This document shows, one piece after another, positions 1 to 10,916 of a stretch of DNA of 64,000 nt (its first letter is position 1; every line of letters begins with the position of its first letter). The DNA is taken from positions 1 through 64,000 of the IMG/VR virus record IMGVR_UViG_3300025121_000014; one strand, given 5' to 3'. Below the pieces are notes generated by a model. The model saw nothing but the letters and a program-made list of their open reading frames with translations, ran no database searches and was not told the DNA's origin. The position numbers were made by a program, and so were the translations under genes. The DNA is from a virus. Lineage: Duplodnaviria; Caudoviricetes.

Positions 1-1
1 T

Positions 2-1651
2 TTAGCCAAATATTATACAGATACATTAGAAAATATCAACCAATATATTATTGAAAATAATCTTACTGATTTACCATTTAAACAACAAGTTTATCACTGG
101 TTAAATGAAATAAATCATATTATTAAATGTAAAGAATGTGATAAAAAAGTAAAATTTAAAAATAGTACAATTGGGTATTATACATTTTGTTCAAAAAAAT
201 GTATGAATAAATCTAATATAACAAAGAATAAAAGAATAAACACAAATATAAAAAATTTTGGAACAAAAACCCCATCTGAATCAGAAATAATTAAAAATAA
301 AATAATACAAACCAATATTAAAAAATATGGACATAATTGTTCTTTACAAAACAAAAAAGTTAATGAAAAATCAAAAAATACATTAAAGAAAAATTATAAT
401 GTTGATAATCCATTAAAATCAAAAATAATTCTTGATAAATTAAAAAATACTAATTTAAAAAAATATCAAGTAGATAATGTTTTAAAAAGTGATAAAATTA
501 AAAAAAAGATACAAAATACACTTATTGAAAGATACGGTGTTAATCATGCTATGAAAAATAAAAAAATTGCTAATAAAATGATTAATACATTATATGATAC
601 ACTTAATGAAAAATTACTTAAACATTATAAAGAATATAATATTTTAAATATTAATAATACTGATAGAATTTATACAATGGAATGTAAAGCAAAACACAAA
701 TTTGATATTACATACATATTATTAAATTCAAGAAGAAAAACAAATACTGAAATATGTACAATATGTAATCCTATTAATAAATCTATATCCGGATTACAAA
801 TACAATTATTGAATTTTATAAAAGAAAATTATAATAAAGAAATTATCATAAACGATAGAAATATAATTAAAATAGAATTAGATATTTACTTACCTGATTT
901 AAAATTAGCATTCGAATTTAATGGATTATATTGGCATAATGAATTATATAAATCAAAAAATTATCATAAAAATAAAACAGATTTATGTGAAGAAAATGAT
1001 ATTCAATTAATTCATATTTATGAAGACGATTGGATTTATAAACAAGATATAGTTAAATCAATGATATTAAATAAATTAGGTAAAACACCAAATAAAATTT
1101 ATGCTAGAAAAACAGAAATAAGAGAAATAACTGATAATAAATTAGTTAGAGAATTTTTAAATAGAAATCATATTCAAGGATTTGTTGGTTCAAAAGTTAA
1201 AATAGGATTATTTTATAAAGATGAATTGGTTAATTTAATAGTATTCGGTAAAAATAGAAGAATGATGTCTAATGGGGATAATAATGTAGAACTATTAAGA
1301 TTTTGTAATAAGTTAAACACTAATGTAATAGGTGGTGCTTCAAAATTATTTAAATATTTTATTAAAAAATATGATTTTAAAAATATAATTACTTATGCAG
1401 ATAGAAACCATTCAAATGGAAAATTATATGAAATTTTAGGGTTTGATTTTATACATAAAACTAAACCAAATTATTATTATATAGTCGATAAAATTAAACA
1501 ATATAGATTTAATTTTAGAAAAGACATTTTAGTTAAAAAAGGATTTAATAAAAATAAATCAGAACATGAAATTATGTTAGAAAGAGGAATTTATAGAATT
1601 TATAATTCTGGTAATATAAAATATAATTATTTAAAAAACATTCAAAAATAG
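2..1651 (+). CDS. Free-standing homing endonuclease, Hef-like (5' partial; frame open from position 2)
   Basis: Frame is open upstream of the ORF-track Met (CKEC...FCSKKC zinc motif). KYG/V-xN repeats, a PD-(D/E)xK core (ELDIYLPDLKLAFEFNG...WH) and a C-terminal IYARK...FLNRNHIQG domain. Confidence 0.7.
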   Translation, partial: LAKYYTDTLENINQYIIENNLTDLPFKQQVYHWLNEINHIIKCKECDKKVKFKNSTIGYYTFCSKKCMNKSNITKNKRINTNIKNFGTKTPSESEIIKNKIIQTNIKKYGHNCSLQNKKVNEKSKNTLKKNYNVDNPLKSKIILDKLKNTNLKKYQVDNVLKSDKIKKKIQNTLIERYGVNHAMKNKKIANKMINTLYDTLNEKLLKHYKEYNILNINNTDRIYTMECKAKHKFDITYILLNSRRKTNTEICTICNPINKSISGLQIQLLNFIKENYNKEIIINDRNIIKIELDIYLPDLKLAFEFNGLYWHNELYKSKNYHKNKTDLCEENDIQLIHIYEDDWIYKQDIVKSMILNKLGKTPNKIYARKTEIREITDNKLVREFLNRNHIQGFVGSKVKIGLFYKDELVNLIVFGKNRRMMSNGDNNVELLRFCNKLNTNVIGGASKLFKYFIKKYDFKNIITYADRNHSNGKLYEILGFDFIHKTKPNYYYIVDKIKQYRFNFRKDILVKKGFNKNKSEHEIMLERGIYRIYNSGNIKYNYLKNIQK

Positions 1652-1745
1652 TGGTTTTTTTTAGTTTATTTAATTTAATATATAATATTAACTTTTATAA
1701 AAAAAATTTTTTATATATAGTAATAGAAAAAATAATTTAAAAAAA

Positions 1746-2306
1746 ATGGCATTACCACATTTTACAAATATTGACAGTCATAATAAAAACTGGGAACCAG
1801 TTTGGAAAAATTTATTTGAAGTAGAAATATTTCTTCCTCAAATTATTGCTGATAAACACCCTCTCGGTAAAGACTTATTATTGGAAAATACTACATCAGT
1901 TAGTTTACCTATTTATCCAACATTAGGTATAAAAGATCAAAGATTTAAATATTCTACTAGACTATTTGTCGGATTACCTGATACTACTTCTATTAATGAT
2001 TTAGGTCTTACTTTTAATATTAACCAAAACGACTCAAATCAAATGTTTACTTTTAGAATGATTAAAGACTGGTATGATCTTGCTTGGAATAATGAAGATG
2101 GTTCTTCTAACTACAAGAAAAATATGCTAGGTGAAATTATCCTTTATCAACACGATAGAGAAGGACTTATTATTAGAAGAATATCTTATCATAATTGCCA
2201 AATTTTTAAATTCGCTGCTGACGAAGGACTTGATTGGTCTACTAATGATATTGCAAAATTAACTGCATCCTGGGCTGTTGATTACTGGGAAGATTACTAT
2301 TTCTAA
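1746..2306 (+). CDS. Tail tube protein, T4 gp19-like
   Basis: MALPHF...EP..KNLFEV N-terminus, WYDL...G..NYKK and terminal W.VDYW pattern typical of jumbo-phage tube proteins; late-type promoter upstream. Confidence 0.72.
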   Translation: MALPHFTNIDSHNKNWEPVWKNLFEVEIFLPQIIADKHPLGKDLLLENTTSVSLPIYPTLGIKDQRFKYSTRLFVGLPDTTSINDLGLTFNINQNDSNQMFTFRMIKDWYDLAWNNEDGSSNYKKNMLGEIILYQHDREGLIIRRISYHNCQIFKFAADEGLDWSTNDIAKLTASWAVDYWEDYYF

Positions 2307-2335
2307 AATATCTAATAATTAAGTAGTTATAATAG

Positions 2336-2364
2336 AACCTTATCTTAGTGATGAGGTTTTTTTT
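2336..2364 (+). terminator. Rho-independent terminator
   Basis: AACCTTATC/GATGAGGTT stem followed by a T-run after the tube gene. Confidence 0.5.
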
Positions 2365-2433
2365 AATATTATAAAAAGATTTTTGGGAAAACTTTAACAA
2401 AAAGATGTGTTACATTTAATATATTAAAACATT

Positions 2434-3102
2434 ATGGTAGAAATTAAAATTTGTAATAAATGTAAAGAAGAAAAAAATATATCAGATTTTTCTAAAAAAT
2501 ATAAAACAAAAGAAGGGATACAAAAATATCAACCTATTTGTAAAGTATGTTTTAATTTAGATAGTGATGTAAGAAGAAATTTACCAGGTGCAAAAGAAAA
2601 AAGAGATGCTTATGATAAAGAATTTTATATAAAAAATAGAAAAAAAATATTAGAATATAAAAAACAACATCATATAGATAATCAAAAAGAAATATTAAAA
2701 AAGAAAAAAATATACAGAGATAATAATAAAGATAAAATATTAAAATATAGGAAAAATAATAAAGAAATATATGCTAATAGTTCAAGAAGATATAGACAAA
2801 AACATCCTCATATTGTGGCTTGGCGTAATATCTTACATAGAACATTAAAATATTTAGAAATAGGTAAGAAAGGTGATACAAAAGAAATGTTAGGATATAG
2901 CGCAGCTACGTTGAAGCATCATATTGAAAAACAATTTACTGATGGAATGACCTGGGAAAATCATGGTGAATGGCATATTGATCATATATTTCCATTAACA
3001 AAATTTCCAAAAGATACTGATGTTAGTGAAGTAAATGCATTAAATAACCTACAACCATTATGGAAAGATCAAAATTGGTGTAAATCCAATAAAATATTTT
3101 AA
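2434..3102 (+). CDS. HNH homing endonuclease
   Basis: N-terminal CxxC...CxxC, basic helical linker, C-terminal WENHGEWHIDH...NNLQPLW...N HNH motif. Confidence 0.8.
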   Translation: MVEIKICNKCKEEKNISDFSKKYKTKEGIQKYQPICKVCFNLDSDVRRNLPGAKEKRDAYDKEFYIKNRKKILEYKKQHHIDNQKEILKKKKIYRDNNKDKILKYRKNNKEIYANSSRRYRQKHPHIVAWRNILHRTLKYLEIGKKGDTKEMLGYSAATLKHHIEKQFTDGMTWENHGEWHIDHIFPLTKFPKDTDVSEVNALNNLQPLWKDQNWCKSNKIF

Positions 3103-3227
3103 TATATAAATTATTATATAAATATATCAACAAATTAAAAAACTCAAATTTAATAAATTAAATGACTATTATTATATGTTATTGCCCATACTATAATAAT
3201 ATATAATTAAAAAACAATCAGTTTTAA

Positions 3228-4193
3228 ATGACAAAGAAAGATGAAAATATAAAGAAAAACCAAGATTATTTGGAAAGTTTACTAGGAAATACAAGTAGTA
3301 CAGTATCTGGTGTAAAACAACCCACACCAAAACCAATAATAGATAAAACATATGATGCACCGAGTATAGAGTATACTAGTATTAATATAGATATTTTACC
3401 AGCCGGAAGATATTATAAACGAGGCACAAAAATAATGATTAGAGGTGCTAAAGTAAGTGAGATACAAGCATATAGTATGGTAAGTGATAATTATGTAGAT
3501 ATTACAGAAAAGATGAATGAATTGTTATCTAGAAATATACGTTTTTATCATCCAGATGGTACACAAGGGAATTATAAGAATGTAAAAGATTCTGATAGAA
3601 TATTTTTAATATTTATGATAAGGGAATTAACTTTTCAAGGTGGTAATACATTAACACATTCAGTAAGTTGTGAACATTGTAAAAATGATTTTGTAATACC
3701 ATTTAGATCAACCCCTGGTAATGAAACACCAAGTACATTTAATTTACATGAACCTAATGAATTAATTGAAGATTTTTATAATAAACAAGAACAATGTTAT
3801 GAAATAATTCATAACGGAGCATCGTGGAAATTAGGACCACCAACAATTGGAATACAAGAGGATTTTTATGAAGAAATAAAAAGGAATGTACAATCAGATA
3901 AAAAACCTGATGTAGCATTTATGAAAATAATTCCATTTTTATTATATGATAGATCAAGTATAACAGATGAAGGATTAAAGGCAAAACAAAAGGAATTTCA
4001 AAATATGAATGATTTAGAATTATTTCAAGGATTAGATGAAATAATAAATAATATGAAAGTCGGCATAAAAGGATTAAAAATGAAATGTCCTGAGTGTAGT
4101 ATGGAGGTCTGCACCGACTTAACATTTCAAGGTGGGGCATCTTCCTTATTTAAACTCCCTGGCATCTTGGACAAGTTTAGAAGAAGAAAATAA
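3228..4193 (+). CDS. Baseplate hub assembly protein, T4 gp26-like
   Basis: LP..G.YY, RIFLIFMIR, two CxxC zinc motifs (CEHC, CPEC); position in the tail module. Confidence 0.55.
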   Translation: MTKKDENIKKNQDYLESLLGNTSSTVSGVKQPTPKPIIDKTYDAPSIEYTSINIDILPAGRYYKRGTKIMIRGAKVSEIQAYSMVSDNYVDITEKMNELLSRNIRFYHPDGTQGNYKNVKDSDRIFLIFMIRELTFQGGNTLTHSVSCEHCKNDFVIPFRSTPGNETPSTFNLHEPNELIEDFYNKQEQCYEIIHNGASWKLGPPTIGIQEDFYEEIKRNVQSDKKPDVAFMKIIPFLLYDRSSITDEGLKAKQKEFQNMNDLELFQGLDEIINNMKVGIKGLKMKCPECSMEVCTDLTFQGGASSLFKLPGILDKFRRRK

Positions 4194-4266
4194 TAAAATA
4201 ATAGGTAGAATATTTTCATTATTTCAAACCCCAATAGAAGACATATTAAAGAATAAATTTCAATTA

Positions 4267-4512
4267 ATGATACAAGATACAAAATGTCCAACAACAGTAT
4301 CAAATACGTGGTATTATTGGGAATATGAAGAGTATATCAAATTACTTAATGAAAAGAATAAAGAAGAAACTGAACAACAAAAGAAACAACAGGAAAATCA
4401 ATCATCACAGATGAATTCTAGTAAATTTAATCCATCAAGTGTAATGAAACAATACAATCCTTCGACCTTTATGAATAATTTTGGAAATAATACATCGTTT
4501 CCTAGAATATAA
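4267..4512 (+). CDS. Small baseplate assembly partner, gp51-like (ORF track starts at 4132; likely start 4267)
   Basis: W..WEYEEYIKLLNEK motif typical of the small gene that follows gp26-like genes. Confidence 0.5.
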   Translation: MIQDTKCPTTVSNTWYYWEYEEYIKLLNEKNKEETEQQKKQQENQSSQMNSSKFNPSSVMKQYNPSTFMNNFGNNTSFPRI

Positions 4513-4513
4513 T

Positions 4514-5014
4514 TTATCCTTTTTCTTCGGATTTTTCTTTATTTTTATATTTTAAATATATTTCTTTTAATTTTTGTTTTTTGCTTGATGGTCCACTAAC
4601 ATTTGTAATGGTATTTTTTATATAATTTATGTCAGCTCCTAAAATTAATAGATATTCAAATGCATCTGGATTTACTTCTTCAATTGCTTTTTCTAATGAA
4701 AAATTTAAATATTTTTGTCTTATAATTTCATCTTTCATTGGTAAGATATATATATCAATGAACATTTTTACATATTTCATATCGTGATGTAAAATTTCAA
4801 AAAATAGTTCATTTAAATTTCCTTTTTCCTTTATCATATTATAAAATTCTTCATCAGTTGGTAAAAAATGTTCAGGAACATCAAATTTTCTAATTGCACG
4901 AAATATATCTGCTGTTGATTTATTTAAAAATATTTTTTTAATTTCTTCATCAGATTTAGGTTTAAGATGACCTATTACATTACTTTCGTTTATGAATTGT
5001 TTAAAAGTTTTCAT
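4514..5014 (-). CDS. Capsid-targeting-sequence (CTS) module protein with ankyrin-like C-terminus
   Basis: MKTFKQFINE start, LKPKSDEEI module, LEKAI...FEYLLILGADIN ankyrin-like end. Confidence 0.55.
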   Translation of the reverse strand: MKTFKQFINESNVIGHLKPKSDEEIKKIFLNKSTADIFRAIRKFDVPEHFLPTDEEFYNMIKEKGNLNELFFEILHHDMKYVKMFIDIYILPMKDEIIRQKYLNFSLEKAIEEVNPDAFEYLLILGADINYIKNTITNVSGPSSKKQKLKEIYLKYKNKEKSEEKG

Positions 5015-5016
5015 AT

Positions 5017-5934
5017 ATGGTATATATTAAATTTATATATAGTATATTAAAAAATATATTTTTAAGTATGAAAAAAACAATTCACTTTTTTGATTTAGAT
5101 GGAACATTATGGAGAATAAAAACTAATGCTTGGATTATTGAAAAAGCAAGACCTGGAAAACCACTTTTTAAATTATCACATATAGAGTTAAATAATATAT
5201 TATCAGGTGCATATAAAAAAGATGATATTATATTAGAATTTAATGGTAATCAATATTGGATAAGTGAAAAAATGTTTAATAGAATTAAAAGAAAAAGAAA
5301 AGATATTGAAGAAAAAGATTTAGGAATTTCTTTTATTGAAAAAACTGATCCAGATTATTATAATGATATAATTATTTATAAAGAGAATGTTAGACATTTA
5401 ATAAATAATAACGATTATGATTTTGGTATTTTAAGTGCAAGATATAATGAAGATAACGATGCTAAGATATTAAAAAAATTAAGAGAAGAATTAGAGAATA
5501 TAGGAATACATATTGATAAATCATATTATGTATCTGAAACTTATAATCAATTAAATAATGATAGTATAGGATATAAAAAATCTGATGTATTATTAGAACA
5601 TTTAATCGGGTTTAAAATTTCAAAAGATAAGTTTATTCCTATTAAACAAGATAAATACGATACTGTATATTTTTATGATGATGAATATCAAAATATCAAT
5701 ATTGCAAATACAATTCAAGATATATTAGAAAATTATTTAAGAAATACTGATGATGAAGTTTATGATCGTATTATTAAACGAATAAAAAACAATAATTTAG
5801 TATTATTTAATAATTTAGTAAGTAGTAATAATATTAAAAAATATGAAACTACAAAAATAGAATTAATAGAACCTATAAAGTATCCTATAAGAATTGATGA
5901 AAAGAAAATATATAGATTTAAAGATTACAAATAA
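5017..5934 (+). CDS. HAD-superfamily phosphatase-like protein (likely start 5068)
   Basis: FFDLDGTLW motif I, ILSAR motif II, FYDD motif IV. Confidence 0.6.
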   Translation: MVYIKFIYSILKNIFLSMKKTIHFFDLDGTLWRIKTNAWIIEKARPGKPLFKLSHIELNNILSGAYKKDDIILEFNGNQYWISEKMFNRIKRKRKDIEEKDLGISFIEKTDPDYYNDIIIYKENVRHLINNNDYDFGILSARYNEDNDAKILKKLREELENIGIHIDKSYYVSETYNQLNNDSIGYKKSDVLLEHLIGFKISKDKFIPIKQDKYDTVYFYDDEYQNINIANTIQDILENYLRNTDDEVYDRIIKRIKNNNLVLFNNLVSSNNIKKYETTKIELIEPIKYPIRIDEKKIYRFKDYK

Positions 5935-7523
5935 TGAGTCAAATAGCACAAAATTTTGAGACAGTAGGTATATCTGATACAGCATCTGTATCTATTGATG
6001 TAGATGCAATGGTTAGAAAGGCTATGATTAAATTATTTGAATTGAAAGATGCAAATGGTAATCAAATGAATGAATATGATAATGCATATTTTGATGCAGG
6101 ATTGCCAACTACTGATGAACCAGGTATGCCATCTTTAACAAAAAGTTTTATTATATTTGAAACAGAAACATTAAGTTTTTTATTTCAGCAAGTATTATAT
6201 ATTTTAACTCCTATAAAAACAGCTTTAGAATTACCTCAATTATTAACAAATCCAAAAGCTCTTATAGAAAAAATAAAAGAAATTATAGATAATGTTAAAA
6301 AAATGATTGATGATGTAACTACTTTTTTAACAGATACTAAACAATGGTTCATAGATACATTATTAGGAGGTTTAGCCGATATTAATATTCCAATACCAGA
6401 GATAACCATAACTATACTTGGAGTTGATATAACATTACCTAAAATTGATAAGAAAGGTCTTTTTGATACAGATACATATAAAGAAAAATTAGACGGTAAA
6501 GCAGGTGAATTAAAAACAAAAATAACTGATTTAAAAAAAGAACTAAGTCAAATTAAAGATAAGGCTAATGAAAATATAAGCAAATTACAAGATAATGTAT
6601 TAGTATCTTTACAAGAATTAAAAACACAATTAAATGCAATATTATATCAAATTGTATATGAATATTATGAACTATCTTACCAATTACATGAAAAAATATT
6701 AGAAAAAGAAAATTTAGCTGTTATTTATATGAATAATAATAATATTGGATATATATCAACGGATATTGTAAATAGAACAAATGATATATTATTAATAAAA
6801 ACAGAATTAGATAATATCACAAATAAAGATGGATTAAAAATATTTAATGATACAATTGTAAGATTAATAGAAATACCATCTGATTTAACATCTATATTGA
6901 CTAATGAAATAGAATCATTAACTACGTTAATAACAAATAAAAATATAGTATTAGTTACAACAGAAATTGATGATACTATTGAAACTTTAAAAAATAGTAT
7001 AAGTGAAAAGTTAACTGAAATGATACAACCACAAGACGATTTAATTAAAAATCAAGAAGGTATAGACAAAATATTAGCATCTGTAAAAAATTTTACAGGT
7101 AATTTAACTTTAAGAAAAAAACAAATTGAAGATAAAATAAAAGAAACATATGATGAATTAGTAAATTTAAGTCCTGCTACAGCCTGGATACAAAAAATGA
7201 TAGATTTATTTTTAAATATAATAAAAGCACCAATAGATTTTATTATAGCATTAATAACTAAATTAATGGAAGGAGTAATAGAATTTTTAAAAGAATTACC
7301 ATTACCTACATTCACAAAATTTAAAGAATTTTTTTCTGATTTATTAGGGTTAGCAAATGTATCAAAAATGTCTGATTTTGTAAATAGTCTTTTAGAATCT
7401 TTAGCTCCATTGGCTAATCCGGATTTAATAGCAAAAATTTCTGAATTTTTACCAGATTTAATAGTTACAATAGGTGTTAAATTCATAACGTCAATAGTAG
7501 AACCATTACCGATTCCAATTTAA
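5934..7523 (+). CDS. Hypothetical coiled-coil protein, probably virion-associated
   Basis: 529-aa ORF, long heptad region flanked by related IP.P segments. Confidence 0.4.
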   Translation: MSQIAQNFETVGISDTASVSIDVDAMVRKAMIKLFELKDANGNQMNEYDNAYFDAGLPTTDEPGMPSLTKSFIIFETETLSFLFQQVLYILTPIKTALELPQLLTNPKALIEKIKEIIDNVKKMIDDVTTFLTDTKQWFIDTLLGGLADINIPIPEITITILGVDITLPKIDKKGLFDTDTYKEKLDGKAGELKTKITDLKKELSQIKDKANENISKLQDNVLVSLQELKTQLNAILYQIVYEYYELSYQLHEKILEKENLAVIYMNNNNIGYISTDIVNRTNDILLIKTELDNITNKDGLKIFNDTIVRLIEIPSDLTSILTNEIESLTTLITNKNIVLVTTEIDDTIETLKNSISEKLTEMIQPQDDLIKNQEGIDKILASVKNFTGNLTLRKKQIEDKIKETYDELVNLSPATAWIQKMIDLFLNIIKAPIDFIIALITKLMEGVIEFLKELPLPTFTKFKEFFSDLLGLANVSKMSDFVNSLLESLAPLANPDLIAKISEFLPDLIVTIGVKFITSIVEPLPIPI

Positions 7524-7837
7524 CCAATATCTTCTATTTTTTCTATTTCTGATATTTTTTTAACAGTTTCTAATTTCTTTTGATTATCTTCTGATTTAAG
7601 TTCAGATGATTTTTGTTTTTGTTGCATAAATAATACACTACCAAAAATAGTTGCAGAACCAGTAAAAAATGCACCCATTGCGCCCCAAGTTCCGGCATCA
7701 ATACCATCTCCTTTTATAGCACGTATTAAAATATATAATCCAACACAAAATAATACAAAACAAACAGTATAAATTATTGTTGTTACATTTTTTCTCATTG
7801 AACTCAAATTTCCAGAATTATCATGCATTGCGCCCAT
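7520..7837 (-). CDS. Holin-like two-TM membrane protein
   Basis: DNSGNLSSMR N-motif, two hydrophobic helices, charged C-tail. Confidence 0.5.
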   Translation of the reverse strand: MGAMHDNSGNLSSMRKNVTTIIYTVCFVLFCVGLYILIRAIKGDGIDAGTWGAMGAFFTGSATIFGSVLFMQQKQKSSELKSEDNQKKLETVKKISEIEKIEDIG

Positions 7838-7885
7838 TTTATTATATTTATTTTTTAATATATATTAAAAAATAAATATAATAAA

Positions 7886-8782
7886 ATGATAATTAAATAT
7901 AATCAATATGTAAATGAAGAGCTAAATCTTTTTGGTGCATTAAAAAATATGTTTGGTAAGTTATTACAAAACATATCAGATGAATTAAAAAAACCAGTAG
8001 AAGATTTAACTGCTAAACTTGCTAAATCTAAAAAAGAAGATATGAAAAAGATTATGACAGATTATTTAAAAATTCATAATGAAACATTAAATAAAGAATT
8101 AGCAAAAGTTACTACTTTACCAGATTTATATAAAATAATTAAAGATAATTTAAAAGCTATATATGCATCCATTAAAGCAGTTGATACATCATTAGGGGAT
8201 GGTAAATTTTCATTACAGAATATTTTTATAGATTCGAATGATAGAATTAAAAAATTATTTGATAAAGATGAAAAAAAATTTGAAGCAAATGTTAATACAT
8301 TTGCATATAATACATTAATAATGTTCGCTAAATCTAAGTATAATGAAAAAGAAATCAAAGAATTATTACCAGAAAAATTAATAAATGAAAGTGTTCTTAA
8401 TGAAATACAAAATCCTAATGTTCAAGTACAAACTAATCAATCAACAGGTAATCAAAAAGATAATCCTATTAAAAAAGATGAAGCTGAAATTAAAAATGTT
8501 CAACAAGATGAAAAAATAAAAATAATATCAGACCAAATAAAAAAATGGTTTAGTGACGCAATTTATAAAAAATTAAATATTAAATTAAAAACAGATACAA
8601 ACGATGTAAACCAAAAAGGACAAATTGCATTTAATACTAATAATATTACAGGTGCTAAAAAAATAATTAGCACAATTCAAACATTAGATAAGACTGAGTT
8701 TGCTGCTGTTAGAGATTTATTAATTAAATTAGGTAAAGGAGAAAAAAATGATTATGGTACTTTTGGTGATCCAGAAAATTAA
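7886..8782 (+). CDS. CTS-bearing hypothetical virion protein
   Basis: MIIKYNQYVNEE start; TAATATATA promoter at 7856-7864. Confidence 0.5.
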   Translation: MIIKYNQYVNEELNLFGALKNMFGKLLQNISDELKKPVEDLTAKLAKSKKEDMKKIMTDYLKIHNETLNKELAKVTTLPDLYKIIKDNLKAIYASIKAVDTSLGDGKFSLQNIFIDSNDRIKKLFDKDEKKFEANVNTFAYNTLIMFAKSKYNEKEIKELLPEKLINESVLNEIQNPNVQVQTNQSTGNQKDNPIKKDEAEIKNVQQDEKIKIISDQIKKWFSDAIYKKLNIKLKTDTNDVNQKGQIAFNTNNITGAKKIISTIQTLDKTEFAAVRDLLIKLGKGEKNDYGTFGDPEN

Positions 8783-8953
8783 AACCTCATATCTTAAAAC
8801 CTAATATATCAAGGATTTTTAACAATATCCTATTTTAACTATTATCCAAAGGTGTTAATTTTAAAAAATAATATGCTAAATTTTTTAAGTCTTTTTAATA
8901 ATTATTGTATATAAACTTTAATATTTAAAAACAAACTAAAAATAAGCAAATAA

Positions 8954-9742
8954 ATGAAAGATTTTATATTAAACACAGAAAAAACAGAGTTATTCAATAC
9001 AGATTTATTCAGTACAGATTTATTTAATATTCTCAAATCTAATGGTAGAAGTAAACACCCAGAGGATACAAATTTATTATATCTTTATTATCAAGCATAT
9101 AATAAACAACCTCAATTATTTCAACCGTACTCAAAAAATAACAATTATTACGATTGGAATATAGTAGTAAACGGATTAAAAAAATATTATAAAAATCCAA
9201 AAATAATTTATGCTAATACATATTATGATATCGAAAAACAAATAAAATATAGTAAAAATGAAATTTGGGAATTAGATAATGAATTAATGGTTAGTATAGA
9301 AGGTGGACTAACAGATGATTTTTATTTAGTAAATCATAATGTTGAAGATATTAAAAGAATATGTTCAAATAGTATATTTTTTCATAATGGTAATTTTAAT
9401 GATGAAGAAGTTATAAGTAAAATATTTGCCAATGCTCAAATAGTTGAGAATAAAACAGTAACTATTGGAATGGTATCTATCGATGATGGAACATTCTATG
9501 TTAAAGATTTTGATATAATGAAAAATCTTATAGAATTAAATCATTTAGATTTACATTATGGTGATGGTTTTGAAGATTTTATGGAAGAATTATTAGTAAG
9601 ATTAAAAAGAGAAAATAAAGGATTAACTTTATTTCATGGTGAACCAGGAACAGGCAAATGTGTAAAAGGTAATACTCAAATTAAAATAAGAAACAAAAAA
9701 ACAGGACTAATAGAATATATAGATATCGAAAAACTTTTATAG
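8954..9742 (+). CDS. AAA+ ATPase N-extein fused to a 27-aa split-intein N-fragment
   Basis: Walker A GEPGTGK directly followed by CVKGNTQIKI... (intein block A, Cys at 9659), then TAG. Confidence 0.85.
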   Translation: MKDFILNTEKTELFNTDLFSTDLFNILKSNGRSKHPEDTNLLYLYYQAYNKQPQLFQPYSKNNNYYDWNIVVNGLKKYYKNPKIIYANTYYDIEKQIKYSKNEIWELDNELMVSIEGGLTDDFYLVNHNVEDIKRICSNSIFFHNGNFNDEEVISKIFANAQIVENKTVTIGMVSIDDGTFYVKDFDIMKNLIELNHLDLHYGDGFEDFMEELLVRLKRENKGLTLFHGEPGTGKCVKGNTQIKIRNKKTGLIEYIDIEKLL

Positions 9743-9871
9743 TTTTTCCCTTTCCTGGTTATTATTTTTATATTAGGATATGATATATTAATAATATGGC
9801 AACAAGATGTATTAAATGACAAACAAAAAATGATAAACAAATGTATTAATTTTATTAAAAAATAAAAAAAA

Positions 9872-10753
9872 ATGATGAATAATAAAAAATTTATAGAAAC
9901 AAAAAAAATTAACGATTATGAAGTATTTACTGATAATGGTTGGATAGATATTGACGCAATTCATAAAACTATTAAATATGATATATGGATAGTAAAAACA
10001 AAAGACTATATTTTAGAATGTGCAGATAAACATATACTATTTAACGAAAATTTAGAAGAAATATTTGTTGAAAATTTAAAAGTAGGTGATGGTATATTAA
10101 CTGAAAAAGGTATTCAATATATTATAAATATTGAAAAAACAAACGAAAAATGTAATATGTTTGATTTACAGTTAAATGAAGATTCAGATAAAAGATATTT
10201 TACAAATGGTATATTAAGTCATAATACAACAATTATTCGTCATTTAATTAAGAAAATTAAACAAGATGATAATAAAAATAATGTTTTATATTTTCCTCCA
10301 ACTATGGTAGATTCTATTACCGAACCAAGTTTTATAAATTTTATATCAGAATGGGTTGCTGATAGTGAAGGAAAGAATTATTTATTAATAGAAGATGCTG
10401 AACCTTTATTGGAATCAAGAGATAGTTCAAGAAATATAGGTATAACTAATTTATTAAATATTACTGATGGTTTATTAAATGATATATTAAATATTCAAAT
10501 TATAGCTACTTTTAATACATCTTTAAAAAATATCGATAAAGCATTATTAAGACCAGAAAGATTAATTGCTAGAAAAGAATTTAATAATCTTAGTATAGAA
10601 AATGCAAAAGTTTTATGTGATAAAATTGGTATAAATTCTGAATTAATAGATAAAGAAGTTTCATTAGCTGATTTATATGCTATGAAAAAAGAATCTAAAC
10701 CTATTATACACGGATTTCAAAAGAAAATTAAAGTAGGATTTCAAAGAGTTTAA
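9872..10753 (+). CDS. Split-intein C-fragment (118 aa) fused to AAA+ ATPase C-extein
   Basis: CADKH (block B), FDL...YFTNGILSHN/T junction at 10225/10226, then Walker B LLIEDAE and DKALLRPERL. Confidence 0.85.
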   Translation: MMNNKKFIETKKINDYEVFTDNGWIDIDAIHKTIKYDIWIVKTKDYILECADKHILFNENLEEIFVENLKVGDGILTEKGIQYIINIEKTNEKCNMFDLQLNEDSDKRYFTNGILSHNTTIIRHLIKKIKQDDNKNNVLYFPPTMVDSITEPSFINFISEWVADSEGKNYLLIEDAEPLLESRDSSRNIGITNLLNITDGLLNDILNIQIIATFNTSLKNIDKALLRPERLIARKEFNNLSIENAKVLCDKIGINSELIDKEVSLADLYAMKKESKPIIHGFQKKIKVGFQRV

Positions 10754-10916
10754 AATAAAAAATAGAAAAAAATAGGTTTTTTGATTTTAATATATAAATA
10801 TAGACTTGATTCACCCATTAACATAAGATATAAAATATTTATATATCTTTAAAAATAAGTAATTTAGTCCACAGTTTACACTCTATATATCCAGGGAAAA
10901 TGTTTTCCCTCTAATT

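Noticed and set aside
4132-4266. Programmed frameshift fusing 3228-4193 to the next ORF (tail-chaperone G/GT style)
   Set aside because: The downstream frame is +1, no slippery heptamer is evident, and an internal ATG at 4267 gives a typical small protein.
9743-9871. Self-splicing intron explaining the AAA+ split
   Set aside because: Only 129 nt, AT-rich, no group I/II core recognisable; the break falls exactly where short-IntN split inteins are divided.
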